Shown piece by piece: positions 11,490 to 25,254 of a DNA stretch of 64,000 bases. Source of the stretch: Octopus sinensis. Lineage: Eukaryota. The stretch lies in NCBI RefSeq assembly GCF_006345805.1, contig NC_042997.1, positions 155,868,001 to 155,932,000 on the forward strand, read 5' to 3'. The translations under genes were made by a program, and so were the position numbers. The notes beneath the pieces are model-generated. The model did no database searches. It had not been told where the DNA came from and saw nothing but the letters and a program-made list of their open reading frames with translations. Each line of letters starts with the position of its first letter. Position 1 is the stretch's first letter.

Positions 11490-12074
11490 TATTTTCCGGG
11501 AACGCTGCCGCTGTTCTCTTTTAGAGAGACTTAGTAATTTTAATATTTCTATTATATATATATATATATATATATATTGTTGGACAATACAGAAATTGTT
11601 CCTGAGCTAGACCTGCTATTTAGTCTTAACACCTAGCTATATTTTCATTAAAAAAAATAGTGTACCCAATAGCAAGGAATGTGATTTCAACCATCCTTTT
11701 TGATATTTTGAGCAGTATATCTTAAAAAAAACCAAAAAAACAGTAAACTATTTTCTCTTCATCTTTACAGCATGATTGAGAACACACATTTTGTGTGTAT
11801 ATGTATGTGAACATACACAAATGCACACATGAAAAAGACAAGAGATCATTTGTATCTTGAGGAAGCACTAATGGAGACATAGCAAAGTAGTCCAAGTAAA
11901 AATAGCAGACAGTTCACAGTGAATGAATATATGGCTAGTGGTTTATGTGGCACTGCAGGTGAGCAGTCTCATTAAGCATATTTCTGGAAAACACTTTTAG
12001 GGATAGTCAATATATTCACTTTTTTTTATTTTTTAACAAATGTTCATGTGAGAGCAAGCAAATGCACAAGTTTT

Positions 12075-12245
<171 letters not shown>

Positions 12246-12874
12246 ACAAAGAGCATTAGTTGAATGTGTATAAATAGGCATGTACTTTTGAAAAATTATA
12301 AAACTGACAAATTTACTCAAGTGTGAGAATTTAAAATCTGCAACTATCTACTGAAATTATTTCAATGTATTTCTTGATCTGACTGCTGCCTCCTGTACAG
12401 AATATAGAGCTTTGATGAATAACAGACTAAACCAGTCAGTACTGACTGAATATCAGCGCATCTTTGCAGTTCAGCAGAAATAATTGGCACCAATGAGGAA
12501 GCTGCAAAAGGTGGTCAGTCAACCTGCAAGAAATAGCAGCCAAATCTTAACCTACTGCCTTAAATACTGTGGGATAGGTGAGAGTAGCTAAAAAGAAGAC
12601 AATGATGGTGGTGATGAGGTGTAAGAGCATACTCCCAAGATACAAGAAGGTGAATATAAGTGAGGATATAGACAATACAGGAAGGGTGGATGGATAACGT
12701 GATCAGAGTATGAGAGGAGAGTGACAAATGGTTAGAGGTGACTGTAAAGGTGAAGGTAATGAACAGAACAAGGGTGGTGGTAGTCAACTGTAAATATCAG
12801 TATAGTATGGGGTGGGATGAATTGGCAGTTCAAGAAGGGAAGAGAGCAACAGTATAACAAATCTGTAAATGATG

Positions 12875-12916
<42 letters not shown>

Positions 12917-13894
12917 TGTACAATGACAGAGATAGATGTCAGAGGTATGTAGGAGTGACAATAGCGAAAAAGGAAAAAAAAAAAAGTGGGCAGGGCCATG
13001 GATGGCAGATATGCCAGGGCAAGGAGAACAACAGCATTGCCCTGGCATAGCTTACTTTGATAATAAATCAGAATTTTGAACCATAGTGTTTACATCATTA
13101 ACCATGATGTTTTTTTTGTTTCTTTTTTCAATATATGCAATGTAAGATGAACTTGAAAGTTAATTCTTTTCAAACCAATTCAAACACAAACAGATCAGCA
13201 ACTCCAAATCTAATACTGACATTAATAGAAGATTCTAATAATATTCTTTTTATAACTCTGACCAAGTTAACTGGATCTAAGGGACAAAGGGTTTATTTGC
13301 TTTAAGGAGAGGAAGAATTATGAAATATTTTATATCCACCTAGGAAATGATATACTTTTATATGTAAAAACTCAGCCAAACATTTTTCAATAAGGTTAGA
13401 ACCTAAACTGATAAACCATCTTGCAGAACACACAAAAAATAATAATGAACCTCTGGTTGCTCACACGAACATACTTGAAGTAAACATCATAATTAAGTAA
13501 CAAAGAGAAACTTAAGACTTTCTGTCTTTAGCTAATCCAAGCATTTTTCGTATCCTTATAGTTTCTGTAACAAGCTCATTTTAGAGAATGTAATCTGACT
13601 GAATTTCAACTAATGACGTCCAAAATATTCTTTTGGAGAAGATCCATACTACTATGATTGCCAAGTTAGTTGTTAAAGCTCACTACCAAAAATTACAGAA
13701 TTTGTTTCAGTACTGAAGGGCTTTAAGATGACATTTCTTGGTTCTGAGTTAAACTCTTTAATTTCACTTTCAGTAATTGATAAAGGAATAAACTGCAAGA
13801 TTTATAATGGATAAATGTAATATATACAGTCACCTGTACAGTAAAAGCTGATAGGAAACATTATTAATGTAGAGTGACTGCTACACTGGTAAAA

Positions 13895-14090
13895 TTGGTG
13901 GAGCATTGAACAAAATACTTTGCAATATTTGTTCCAGATGTTTGTGTTCTGAGTTCAAGTCCTGCTAAAATCAACTTTGCCTTCAGAGTTGACAAAATAA
14001 GTACCAATTAAGTACCAGGGTTGATTTAACTGACTGACCCCTTCCCAAAATTTGAACCCTTGTGCCAATGTTAGAAACTACTATTATTTT
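13895..14090 (+). mobile_element. tRNA-derived SINE with Meta-like central domain and (ATT) tail
   Basis: gagttcaagtcc...actttgccttc...gacaaaataagtacca...cttgtgccaatgttagaaac; family also at 8735-8830(-), 30835-30975, 43920-44070, 46800-47005(-), 52790-52980(-), 63100-63240(-). Domain name is from memory. Confidence 0.7.
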
Positions 14091-14099
14091 TGTTACAGC

Positions 14100-14418
14100 A
14101 CCGTTCGAGTGTTGGACCTCATGGAGGCAGTAGCAGGTGACTAAGACCTTTGGTAATATACCGTGCTTGTGGAGACCTATCAAGCCAAGTGAGACCATAG
14201 TCGTGGTCAATGCTGGTGTCATATCAATAGCACCTGTGTCAGTGGCATGTAAAAAAACACCCAGTACACTCTTGGAGTGGTTGGCGTTAGGAAGGGTATC
14301 CAGCCTTAGAAACCATGCCAAATCAGATTGGAACCTGGTGCAGTCCCCTACTTACCAGTTTTCAGTTAAACTGCCCAACCCATGCCAGCATGGAAAGTGG
14401 ATGCTAAATGATGATGAT
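14100..14418 (+). mobile_element. RTE LINE 3' end (ORF end plus full 3' UTR)
   Basis: 5' part ttggacctcatggaggcagtagcaggtgactaagacctttgg matches the end of the RTE ORF at 39357-39405 and continues into the tail ending atgatgatgat. Confidence 0.85.
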
Positions 14419-14419
14419 A

Positions 14420-14580
14420 TTTCAAGATGGTATGCTGGCAGAATCAGCAGAGAGTCAGAAAATATGCTTTGTGGTGTTTCTATCAGCTCTTTACACACTA
14501 GGTTCAAATTCTGCCAAGATCACCATGCTAATGATTCTGCCAGCTTGCCAATAATAATAGTAATAATAATAATAGTAATA

Positions 14581-14619
<39 letters not shown>

Positions 14620-14830
14620 GTAAAAACAATGGGTTCTAATTTAGGCCTAAGGCCAATAGTTTTGGTGGGAAGGAATTAGCTGATCTCATCAATCCCAGGA
14701 GGTGACTGGTAATTTCTTTCATTGGACCCTTACATACTTTCGGGGTTGATAAAATAAGCACCAGTTGAACGCTAGTCCCCCACCTCAAAAAATTTCAGGC
14801 CTTGTGCCTATAACAGGATTATTAACATCA
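14420..14830. mobile_element. Nested Meta-like SINEs with an (AAT)n run
   Basis: Plus-strand head 14420-14530, (AAT)n 14560-14616, minus-strand piece 14625-14730, plus-strand body and tail 14735-14830. Confidence 0.65.
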
Positions 14831-16184
14831 TTATTATTGCTACTATTATTATAAGCAGTATTGTGTTACTAAGACATTAAGTTCACGAGCAAAATTATCT
14901 CTAAAACTTTCTGAAAATCTTCAATTAACTTCAGTCAGGCCTCACATAAATATAAGGTTTTCTTTCATTACAGAATATGAAGAAACTACTTGAAGGAGAA
15001 GAGTGGGCGAGTGATTGTGTGTGTGTGGTGGAGGAGAACAGTCAGCCATCTCAACTAACCATTAATACAAAACTGATTAATACAGTTCTGATGAATAAAA
15101 TCAAATCAAAAGCTATCTAAAGCAATCAATAAATTGCAGTATAAAATAAACTGAAGAATTAACTTTGAGATCTTTTGTTTATATTTCATTTATTGGTGTC
15201 TCAATATGGAAGACTAGAATTGGTGGAGATGACAGGTAAAGGAGATTATTCTGTCAGGTTTATAAACTAACAGACTGAAAATAAACCATTTTTAATGGTA
15301 GTATATTTCAGAAAATAAATTTAATGTGAACATTAAGTTCTCAACCTGCACTTTGGGAAAGAAACACAAGTTAGGAACATAAAAATAGCTGATTAGATAA
15401 CTAAAAAAATCAGCTTATCACTAAGAAACTATATTATAGTTCTTTTAAAGCAATCAACAGTTTAAAAAAGAAAAAAATGAAATAAAAATGAAGTAAATGG
15501 AAGGTGTGGTTAACAGGAAGAGCATATTGGAAGCTAAAGGCGCCAGTGGCAAGATTAGATTCTATACAACAAATGGGAAAGTTTACACAAACTGGTCAGA
15601 GGATCAATGGCATTTGATAAGATTAAGGAAAGAAAAACCTTAAGAAATAACCTCTAGATGCCTGAAAGCTGATCAGTGTTTGGAACAAAAGGTATTCCTA
15701 AACTCAACTTCGTGTAGTGGTGAGGTGTTGTCAGAGAATGTAGTAACAGAATGCACCAAGTATAGAAAAAAAGAAAAGGGCAAAAAAGAAAAGGGCAAAA
15801 AAGGTTAGAAATTCAGAGATAAGCAGACAATGCAATCAGTGAGTATATACAATTCAGTTAAGTTTTTTTTAAACAGAACAGCTAGGCACTTAAACTCCTA
15901 GAATGGTAAACACATTGCTTCAGTAACAGTTTTCATTCAAAGACCACAGTCTGCAACAAATGACTCCCTAGAACTAATACAAATGATTGCTAACTTGAGT
16001 AAACTGAACACTAATGTCCAATGACAATATGATCACAGGTGAGTGAAAGTTCAGCGAATTCTTTATACTTAGGAGTGCATTACAGTTTGATTTATTAAAT
16101 ATAATGTGAAATGAAGATAAAAGTAAGGTTTAGAATGTTATCAACAGTTAACTTCAAAAGAGAAAAACAGAACAATCAACTTGA

Positions 16185-16460
<276 letters not shown>

Positions 16461-17603
16461 GGATAAAGTGATTTGAAGAGACAAACTTAGAGTGAAATAA
16501 ATAAAACCTAAGAAAAGTACTGAACAAAAAAAGATGAGAAACACCTAAAAGATGTGGGAGTTATATTCATGAAAATGGATCCAATATGTCCTTGCAGAGA
16601 AACTAATGATGGCCAACAAGGTTTTCACTGACAACTGCTTTTTTCTTCAATTGGAAAACATTCGTGTTTATCAACATTCAAATTAATATTAGGTGTAGTG
16701 TGTGTTACCGATAGCAGAAACTGCAAATTAGCCAAAGCAGAATGCATGATTGTAATTTTAAATTAGAATCACAGATCATTACTTGCAGTATTTTTCCTTC
16801 ATTTTAATTGGAAATTGTAGCAACAACACTGACAACAACAACAACAGGTGACATTTTCTGTGATTGTGTCCCATAAAATGGAAAAAAAAAAGAAAAGAAA
16901 AAAAGTAATAATAGAAAGCCTGCTTAATAAATAGTATGCAAGTTAGACTTGAACAGATGTCAGATAAAGTAATTAGTTGTTTGATAAATAGCTACTGTAG
17001 TAGGAATACAACACTCCCTAGCATTAGAGCTGGAAGTTCCAATAAGATAAACAATAAGGTTACAATGTTGGATAGGTTGGCAAATATTCCTCTTTTATTC
17101 ATTATTGATAAATGAAGCACACACACATACAATGGGGGAAAACTGAATTTGTACATGGTGGTAGCAGCAACAGTAGTAAGTAGTATTATGAAGATGAAAT
17201 GGAGGGGGGGGGGAGCCTGTGCTCAGAATATTAAGTCAGACTAGAAAATAAAGATAACCAGGAAGAGTTAATGTTAGAGATACGTAGTTGGACAGAAAGG
17301 AAGTTGCAGCAAAGTAATGAGAGGAAGGACAAATAGTGTTTAATGTGAGCTCCATGGAAGAAAACAGCTGGATGACTGTAAGAAGAGAGGCAGGTACAGC
17401 GAAGGGATTTAAATGGAAGTAGTAACAATCAGTAAATTTAGAGGAGCAGACCCCTGTGAAGAAAGAGGAAGAGAGAAAGGATAAGAAGGATAGCTCAATG
17501 GATGGTGGGTTGCTGTGTCTTGTTGGAAGTAATTTTGCTAATCAAGTGAATAATTTTCTTGGGATGCAGCCTAGAATATTTGGGGGGGGGGGAGAGAGTG
17601 AGT

Positions 17604-17638
<35 letters not shown>

Positions 17639-17642
17639 TGTG

Positions 17643-17700
<58 letters not shown>

Positions 17701-18279
17701 TTCTGTGGTGAAATGTTCCCTTCCAATCATGTTTGCAGCAGTTATCAAGGAATTATTCAGGATGAAGAATTTGCTGACTTTGAAGGAGAACCTAGTATTA
17801 TAAGACTCTTGGTTATGTGAAGAATGCATGAGATGTATGTATCCATGCATGGTCAGACCTAATATTCTATAGAGTTTGATTGTCATAAATAAATAACAAT
17901 TGGAGGAGAGAATGCAATGGTATGGGTGGTTTATTTTGTCAAAGAGTATCAGCAGCATTGTCAAAAAGAAGCCTTAATAGGGCTACCTGGTCTGCTGAAT
18001 AAGAGCTAAACAACAGAAAAGTTCATTTCTGCAGAAAAGAAATTAAATTTGAAGTATATAAAAGACAAAAAGAAAAATCTTTACATTTCCTTTAAGGAAG
18101 AGAGAAGCATGTGATCTTAAGATATTCTAAACTGAAAACTTAATAAAACATGAAAGAATTTTTCAGAAAATTGAAACTGAATTCGTTAAACAGTTGAAGA
18201 TAAAAATAATTTCTCCCCAGCCCAGAGCAATAAATAATAAAAAAAAAAAGAGAGAAAAAAAGAGGGGATATATACTTTT

Positions 18280-18720
18280 GTGATTCTTGACATCAGCAAA
18301 GCTTTCACCTGTGTGTCTGGCATGCAAATCTCCTGTCAAAACTCCCAGCTTGCAGAATCCACCAGTCTTCTGTATTTATTGGTGGCTTCCAATGAGATCA
18401 CTCTATCATGGCTTCTTAACTGTACTATGCTCAGAGTTCAGTTCTATCCTCCATGCTCTTCCTTCTATACAAGGATGACCTACTGTCCTCTCCAACAATG
18501 CCCACTCCTATGCAGAAGACACAACACTGACCCCATGAACAGAAATCTTGGAAACTCATTCTAATGGAATCATGACAATCTTGTCTCCTTCAACAGTAGA
18601 GAATACAATCATTGCAAACATCGAGAAAACATGGTATCTCATTCCTCTAAATATGAATCAATGCAACCAAAACCCTTGGAATCACTTTAAATATTAGGTT
18701 TTACTACCACTAAGGATCTC
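18280..18720 (+). mobile_element. Degenerate Jockey/CR1-like RT fragment
   Basis: LDISKAF..VWHANLLSKLP, QSSVLSSMLFLLY and HSYAEDTTL (YADD) across frameshifts. Confidence 0.8.
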
Positions 18721-19208
18721 ACCCAGTCAGAGGTATTACCAGGTTCTAAAGTTAGTGAGAGTGTGCACATAAAAAAAGACATGCCATGACATATATCAAA
18801 CAATTTTTAACTCATTTCTCTTATATTGTGTGAAATATTTCATTAGTTATAATATAAGTAATTGTATTTACATTCATTCTTTTCATGCTTCAGTAAATGC
18901 CACTGATGTATGAAACTTCATGGGATTGTCCAGGGTCAAGAGGTTATGATGTCAGGGTTTGTTTTGGTTCTTAATATGTCAGCAATACATCACATGAGAT
19001 TAATCAGACAGTTCAAAAAGGTTAATCAAATAAAGTAATGACTTCAAAAAGTTCTCCCAAGGTCATGTGATTAAGAAAAAAAAAAAAAAAATTGACTTTT
19101 ATTGCACAAGTGAACTAATGAGTTGAAAAATAATTGTTACAAAAGTACCAATTCTGTGGGGAGTTGTCACTTCCCTTGCTCTCCTACTAGCTATACCACT
19201 GCTTCCAG

Positions 19209-19652
19209 TGATCATCATCATCATCATCGTTCGACTGTGGTCGAGACAATGGAATTTACTATATTAAACCAGACTTCACGGTCCATCATAACATTACGGA
19301 GGTCCTGTTGCTGGATGCCTGTATCCCTGGCGATTACATCAGGGTAGGAGAGTATGTGCCCTCTGGTATTGCGAGTAGATGGCTTTCAGAGGAGAAGAGC
19401 AGAAATTACCTCGTTTTCAGCTCTACAACTATGTCCTGCAAACTGGACTCTTCTACCTTTCACAAGAGATGATACAGGTGGTAGTTTCCCATATATTTGT
19501 ACTTTGGTTGGATGACGCTTCTACGAGAGATTTTGAGCTCTCATTAGGAGGCGAGCGTAAGTTCCATCCAATCGCCTCTCAAGCTTCTTTCATAACGTCC
19601 AGGTTTCTGAGCCATATAGTAGAATTGGTTCGACTGTGGCTTTGAAGTTTTC
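19209..19652 (-). mobile_element. 5'-truncated RTE-clade LINE with (TGA)n tail
   Basis: KATVEPILLYGSETWTL*...RRVQFAGHSCRAENEV...DREVW, followed by gatgatgatgatga. Confidence 0.9.
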
Positions 19653-20174
19653 AACATAGCAAATTTTCTTCATAAAGATAACCCTTTGTTTCCGAATCAG
19701 AAAATACAGCAACTACTAACTCCCTATTCAGGTGCTCAGTTAAGATTCACAGAGTTTTGCTCCTACATCTAAGACAGTGCTGCAACTACACACAGACATT
19801 TTAGAATGTTCTCAAAGAAAGGCCCTTCAACAAATAAATATGAAGCAAATCACAAACACACTCATTCCTCTCTCTTTTTTTCTTTTTACTGTTAGTTACT
19901 ACAGTGGCCTCTGCTCCATGAGAGTTGACTGGTCATGTTTCATGTTCATCCAGGAACTCCCAGCTCATCTTACCTCTCTTCTTTTCATCACCCAAACAGT
20001 GTCTGTCACTATCTTTACACTACTATGTCTCATCTGTCTGTGCACATCTTTTCTTACAACTGTCAACTGTTAGCATTTGGAACATTAATGAAATCCATTT
20101 CATTGGGTTCAGTGGGTCTGTAAAGACCATGAGAACAACCTCTTCTTCCAGGTTAAACTATATCTTGTACTTAT

Positions 20175-20495
20175 TTTAGTCATTGAACTCTTGAAGTGTT
20201 TTAGTCAAACAAATTGATCTCAGTTTTAAGTTCGGTGCTTATTATTATATTGGCCTCGTATGCTGAATCACTAGGTTATGCAGACATAAACAAACTAACA
20301 CCAGTGCAACAAACACACACACACATGCATGCATGCGCACACACATACACGACTCCTCAGTTTCTGTTCACTAAATTCCCTCACAAGGTATTGGTCATCT
20401 TGGGTTATAGTAAAAGATACTTGTGCAAGCAAGTAGGAATGAACCAGAAACCACATAGTTGTGAAGTGGACTTCTTAACCATACAACCAAGCCAA
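20175..20495 (-). mobile_element. Degenerate SINE (tail A)
   Basis: Tail, (CA)n and head motifs in the same order as 1746-2115. Confidence 0.7.
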
Positions 20496-20672
20496 ATACA
20501 TAAATAAATAAATGGCTCAAAAAAAAAAAAAGGTAAAAAAAGATATACTGTCAATGATTGTATGATAAAACTCTATTAAAAGAAGAGTGTCTACATTATT
20601 CTTCCTTTAATCAAAAAAATATTGATAATCTAATTTATAGTTTGGAAAAATATTTTACAAAAAGTAACGTAA

Positions 20673-20937
20673 TCCTTTTGTGACCATATTTTTGATAAAA
20701 TATAATGTTGATATGTTTCAATTAATTTTGAAAATAATCAAAAATTTGGAAGGATTTGATAAAATAACCAACTTTTCAATTTATTGGTATATTAAACTGG
20801 TGCTTGGAGTATAAACATAACTAGAGATTCTTATGTAATATAATGGAAAATTTTAATTGAAGTATGAACAGTTTAAAACAAGAGTTTTCTGTATCAAAGA
20901 ATCAGGAGTGGTCTCTGGTGATTTGGTGTCATAAGGG
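20673..20937. mobile_element. Probable piggyBac-type MITE
   Basis: Right end gtcataaggg|ttaa; left end gtaa|tccttttgtgac is a degenerate inverse. Confidence 0.45.
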
Positions 20938-22272
20938 TTAACTTCAGTTAATTAACCCTCTCGGAAACATCTTTATTTCAAAGGTTAAGAATAAAATACA
21001 GTTTAAACTTAAGGGAATCACTGAACTTTTTCAATATTATAAACGGCATATACACAGACATATGCAGTTATTGTTAACTGAGGAAAACAAATTTATGGTA
21101 GACATAAAATAATAAAAAGAAAAAAAAGAAAAAGTAAAAAAAAAATATTTACTGTAATGTATGGAAATATCCAAGAGCTGTTAAACAGCACAATAAATCA
21201 GTTGATGCTATTGCCAACCACCATATGTGAACTTGCATTTTTCTCCACAAAATAGAATTTTTTTTAAAAATCAGATTTTCTTTATTTTTCTTTATATATT
21301 TCATAAAATATAAATTTTATTAAAGATATTGCCTGCCACTTTTAATAAATATAGAAGGAATATATGCACACATACACACACGCTTGTTGGAAACCTTACA
21401 AAATGTTAGCCAACTCCTGAGAGCAGTACAGAAAATTGCATACTGCTAGTGAGATCAATAGCTATTCTTGCAAGGTGAAGGCAATTTCACCAACTCAATA
21501 GTTTAGATGTTTACATTGAACAAGTGATAGCCATAAAAGGATCAGAATGTTATGGCATTCTAGATCTTCCAAATTAATATATGTCTGTCACATGGTACAC
21601 ACACGAGAGAACAAACAGATTACGCTCAAACATGTACACATCACAGCACCATACCACACACACAAAAGATGATAGTAGGACAGCTGAAGTTTGCAATAGG
21701 AGTCTTTAGTTTAATCTTAAACATCCATTACTCTAACAACGTTCTGGCAGTTGTCAGAGTAATGGCATTTCGTACAGCAAATTTGAGCGATTACATAACT
21801 TGGGTCTTCCTTACAATGACAAATCAGGCATTCCAGGATAGCAAAGTATTCCCTATCCAATTAGGTAGGAATAAGACAAAATATACTCACACATCTAGGA
21901 ACCAGCAGATGCTACACACATCCTAGATTGTATTCAAACTGACATCACATTAGTAAACAGCAAACCACTTCACACAAAAATGTTTTATCCCTGTCTCTAC
22001 TCTTACATTACAAGAGTTTTTGCAATGAACTATTAAGCTGTGACACCACATCCATCCAAGCCTTCATCCCAACTGTGTCCTCTGTCCTAATCTTGTACTA
22101 AATCATTTTTCCATATCCTTCCCTGCAAGTAGTCAACTGGAACTCCTTCCTAGTTCACTCTTTTATGACAAGTATCATCTAATCAATAGTTCAAGTACAC
22201 ACAAACCATAATGATGCCATTAGTCCAAGAGGCTTACATATGCTATGGATACTGCCTCTTTTAGAACTTATA

Positions 22273-22486
22273 CAAAGAAGTGCTGAAAAGTTCTTGGCTT
22301 TAAGGATATCAAAACAGGCCTGGTTGGGGGCCCAACCTTCCAAGCTCTTTTACAGGGCTTAGAAAAACTGAAGGACTGTTGCAACAAGTGTGTGATTCTG
22401 AGAGGAGAATATGTTAGATAAAATCATAATTAATTGATCCTCCTGTATTTTCTTTTAACCAAAGCCAGGAACTTTTCAGTACCCTT
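22273..22486 (+). mobile_element. Mariner-derived MITE (~215 bp)
   Basis: TIRs gtgctgaaaagttcttggcttt / aaagccaggaacttttcagtac, TA flanks, and internal LEKLKDCCNKCVILRGEYVR resembling a mariner C-terminus. Confidence 0.8.
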
Positions 22487-22530
22487 TATTTTTAAACATA
22501 CACATTCACAAAACCAAACAGGCACTACTA

Positions 22531-23668
22531 CAAGGTGTTTGGGCAAAATTTCACGATATTTTAATACCTTCATTTTTCAGGAACAGCTTGATGTATTGGT
22601 GATCAAGCAATGGTGTTGGAGAACATAGAGATTAAAATTGTAGTTGAGAAAAAGTTAGCTGATATGGAGGACTGCAAGCTATTTGAATATTAGAAATGAG
22701 CTACCTCTATCATGATGATTTGTGCTGGGTGTCAAAATGCTGACCTCAAGACTGCTGCTCAGTGCTCTGTGAACACTGTAATTGCTGTTAAATGTGACAG
22801 CTGTAATGGAGACTATGAAACTATGGCCAACAATAAGGGTTACAGCAGGCATTCTGATTGTGTCTGCATGCTGGAATTTATCCAACCACTTCAGGACAAG
22901 ATGATGGAAGATCTGAGCAAGGAAATGCAAACTTTGGTGAAAGAGATGGGTGTTGGAGTTACCACCATGAAGCTAGCCCTGAGTAAGGACCTTCACAATG
23001 ATTCATACAAGAGGTGCAAGGGACAAACTAAGTTTCCCCAAACTTTCAGCATCTCCAGTGATATCATGCTGACCCACATCTTTGAACAAGCCTTAACTCA
23101 ATTCAGACAGCTGGGTGAAGCTGTTGGAGACTGTGGTCAAACCCTGGCTTGAGAGGGTTGTTCCTGGAAGGCCATATGTGTGGTAGCAGGATTCAGCTCC
23201 TTGCCATACCGCTGGAAAGAAATGAGTGGTTGTTGAAGAATTTCTATGACTTCACCAGCCCCAATTTCCAGCCTTCTAATTCTCCTGGCTGTTAATCCCA
23301 TGTATTACTGGGTGAGGGACATGGTTGAGAAAGACACCTGCTGCTCTGCCTGCAATACTAAAGCTGAGATGGTGGCTAAGATCAAGAGGGTGTTCAGAGA
23401 TCTTTCCAGGGATATAATGAGGGAGACATGCACTACATTCTGGAGCTGTCTTGAAGCTGTGATAGCTGAGGGCAGCTACTTTGAGTAAACTGTTGTCTTC
23501 CAGCCATAATGAAGTTGATATTTTTTAACTTTTTAAAAAATACTTTTATTTACTTTGTTTATGTATTTGGTTTGAAAGACTATTGGCATAATGACTCCCA
23601 AGACAAAACAAAATAATGTGTTTGCTTTTTCTTTTATGCAAACTCTCAAATTTAGTTTGAACACCCTA
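22531..23668 (+). mobile_element. Defective Tc1/mariner element, DD37D (maT)-like, internally deleted
   Basis: Degenerate TIRs caaggtgtttgggcaaaattt / aaatttagtttgaacacccta; translation LLETVVKPWLERVVPGRPYVW*QDSAPCHT, FYDFTSPNF..NSP, CLEAVIAEGSYFE; the first catalytic D region is missing after YKRCKGQ. Confidence 0.85.
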
Positions 23669-25217
23669 CATAAATAAATGATCGCCTTACGCTAAATGGG
23701 TGATGGATCAATGAGGAATCCTCTGCACCATCATTTGACCTAGCTACACAGCTATGCCTGCATCTATATGTGGGTGTATGATTTGTCTGTCAGATCACTT
23801 TATCCCTTTATATTAGTCATCCTGCTTCCTGTTTGTTTTTCCATTATCAAGAGAGAGAGAGACTAAGTGTAGTTATAACATTCTGAACGAAGAGTTTATC
23901 AATGATATTGATTTGCTGTGGCACACAACTGAGATCTGAAATACCTCACACAACATACATTACTACATATTTAACCTTCTACTTTAATTCAAGCTACGTT
24001 AAAGTTTATTATCCAGCTTCCCATCTAGCTTGTAGATAAAGGTTTGTCATTCACTTTGACAATTTTAAAATTCAACTTTTAGCTCTTCCAACAAATGTTC
24101 TTAGGTTATAGTGCCTTTTACAATCTATTTTCCATGCTGACATGAATGAATCTATTAAAGACCAGATTTGGTATCACTACGATATATAACATATTTTATA
24201 ACTTCAATATCTTACATGTGAGGAAAATGAAAGGGGATTTGAAATTTGGATCTAGTTCTTGTGTTTATTGGATTGTATCAACCACCACAAAATATCCACA
24301 CCAAGACTAAATATGGTTAACAAAGAAAAAAATTTATGGCATTGGTACAACAGATACAATTCTGTATATTACAGTATATTTAATTGACCAAAAGTTATAT
24401 TGTAGGGTTTCTCTTCTTTAGAATACAAGAATAAGAAATGTGATCATTAATACCTAACTTGGCTTTAGGGAATACTTAGACTATGGAGCACATTGTTCTA
24501 TAGAGAGAGAAATGGTAATTTAGTAACTAATGATGGAATACATTCAGTTCTGGTTAAAGGAAAGTAAATAACTGAAGATAATGCCTGAATCAACAAAATT
24601 TTTGTGATGGGAATTTTATGAAAGTTCTTTTGAATATGTGTGTGTGTGTGTGTATGTTACGATTGCATTGTCGACGCTCATGCAAAACTGCACACTAACA
24701 AATTCTATTAATACTACTACTAGTTATATATCTGAAATAGTCCAGATCAGATAATAATAAAAAGAATTTTATTCTAAAAAAAAAAGAAGAAAATAAAGAG
24801 CTATTCAGATTCCTACCTCCAAGGTAGATGGGGAGGGATAACAACAATAATGGTTAATTCAAAGTAACATAAATGCAAAAGGAAAATTGTTGATGTGAAG
24901 AATATTTATTACACACCATCTGCCATTATCATTCATAATTCATACCATTTACCCCTACCCAATATTATGTTGTATGTCTTTTTTATTTGATGAAATTTTA
25001 GCAAACTTTAACACTTGGTCACTTATTAAATGCAATTACTGCATTCAGGTTTTTCTGAGCTTATTTCTTTATTCTGGCTATCACTGAGCAGTCCTACTGC
25101 TTCTTAAATAGCTCATTCAATTTAGAATAGCTAACATTAGACAATGTGTAAATTTGATTATAAAAGTAAAATACTGTCTTTACAACTGTACTTAGTTAAT
25201 TCATTCAAAGCTGCAGG

Positions 25218-25254
<37 letters not shown>

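Noticed and set aside
22712-23488. ORFs of 146 and 80 aa as host genes
   Set aside because: They are pieces of the decayed DD37D transposase.
24212-24310. Minus-strand exon candidate with AG/GT boundaries
   Set aside because: Stops in all three frames.
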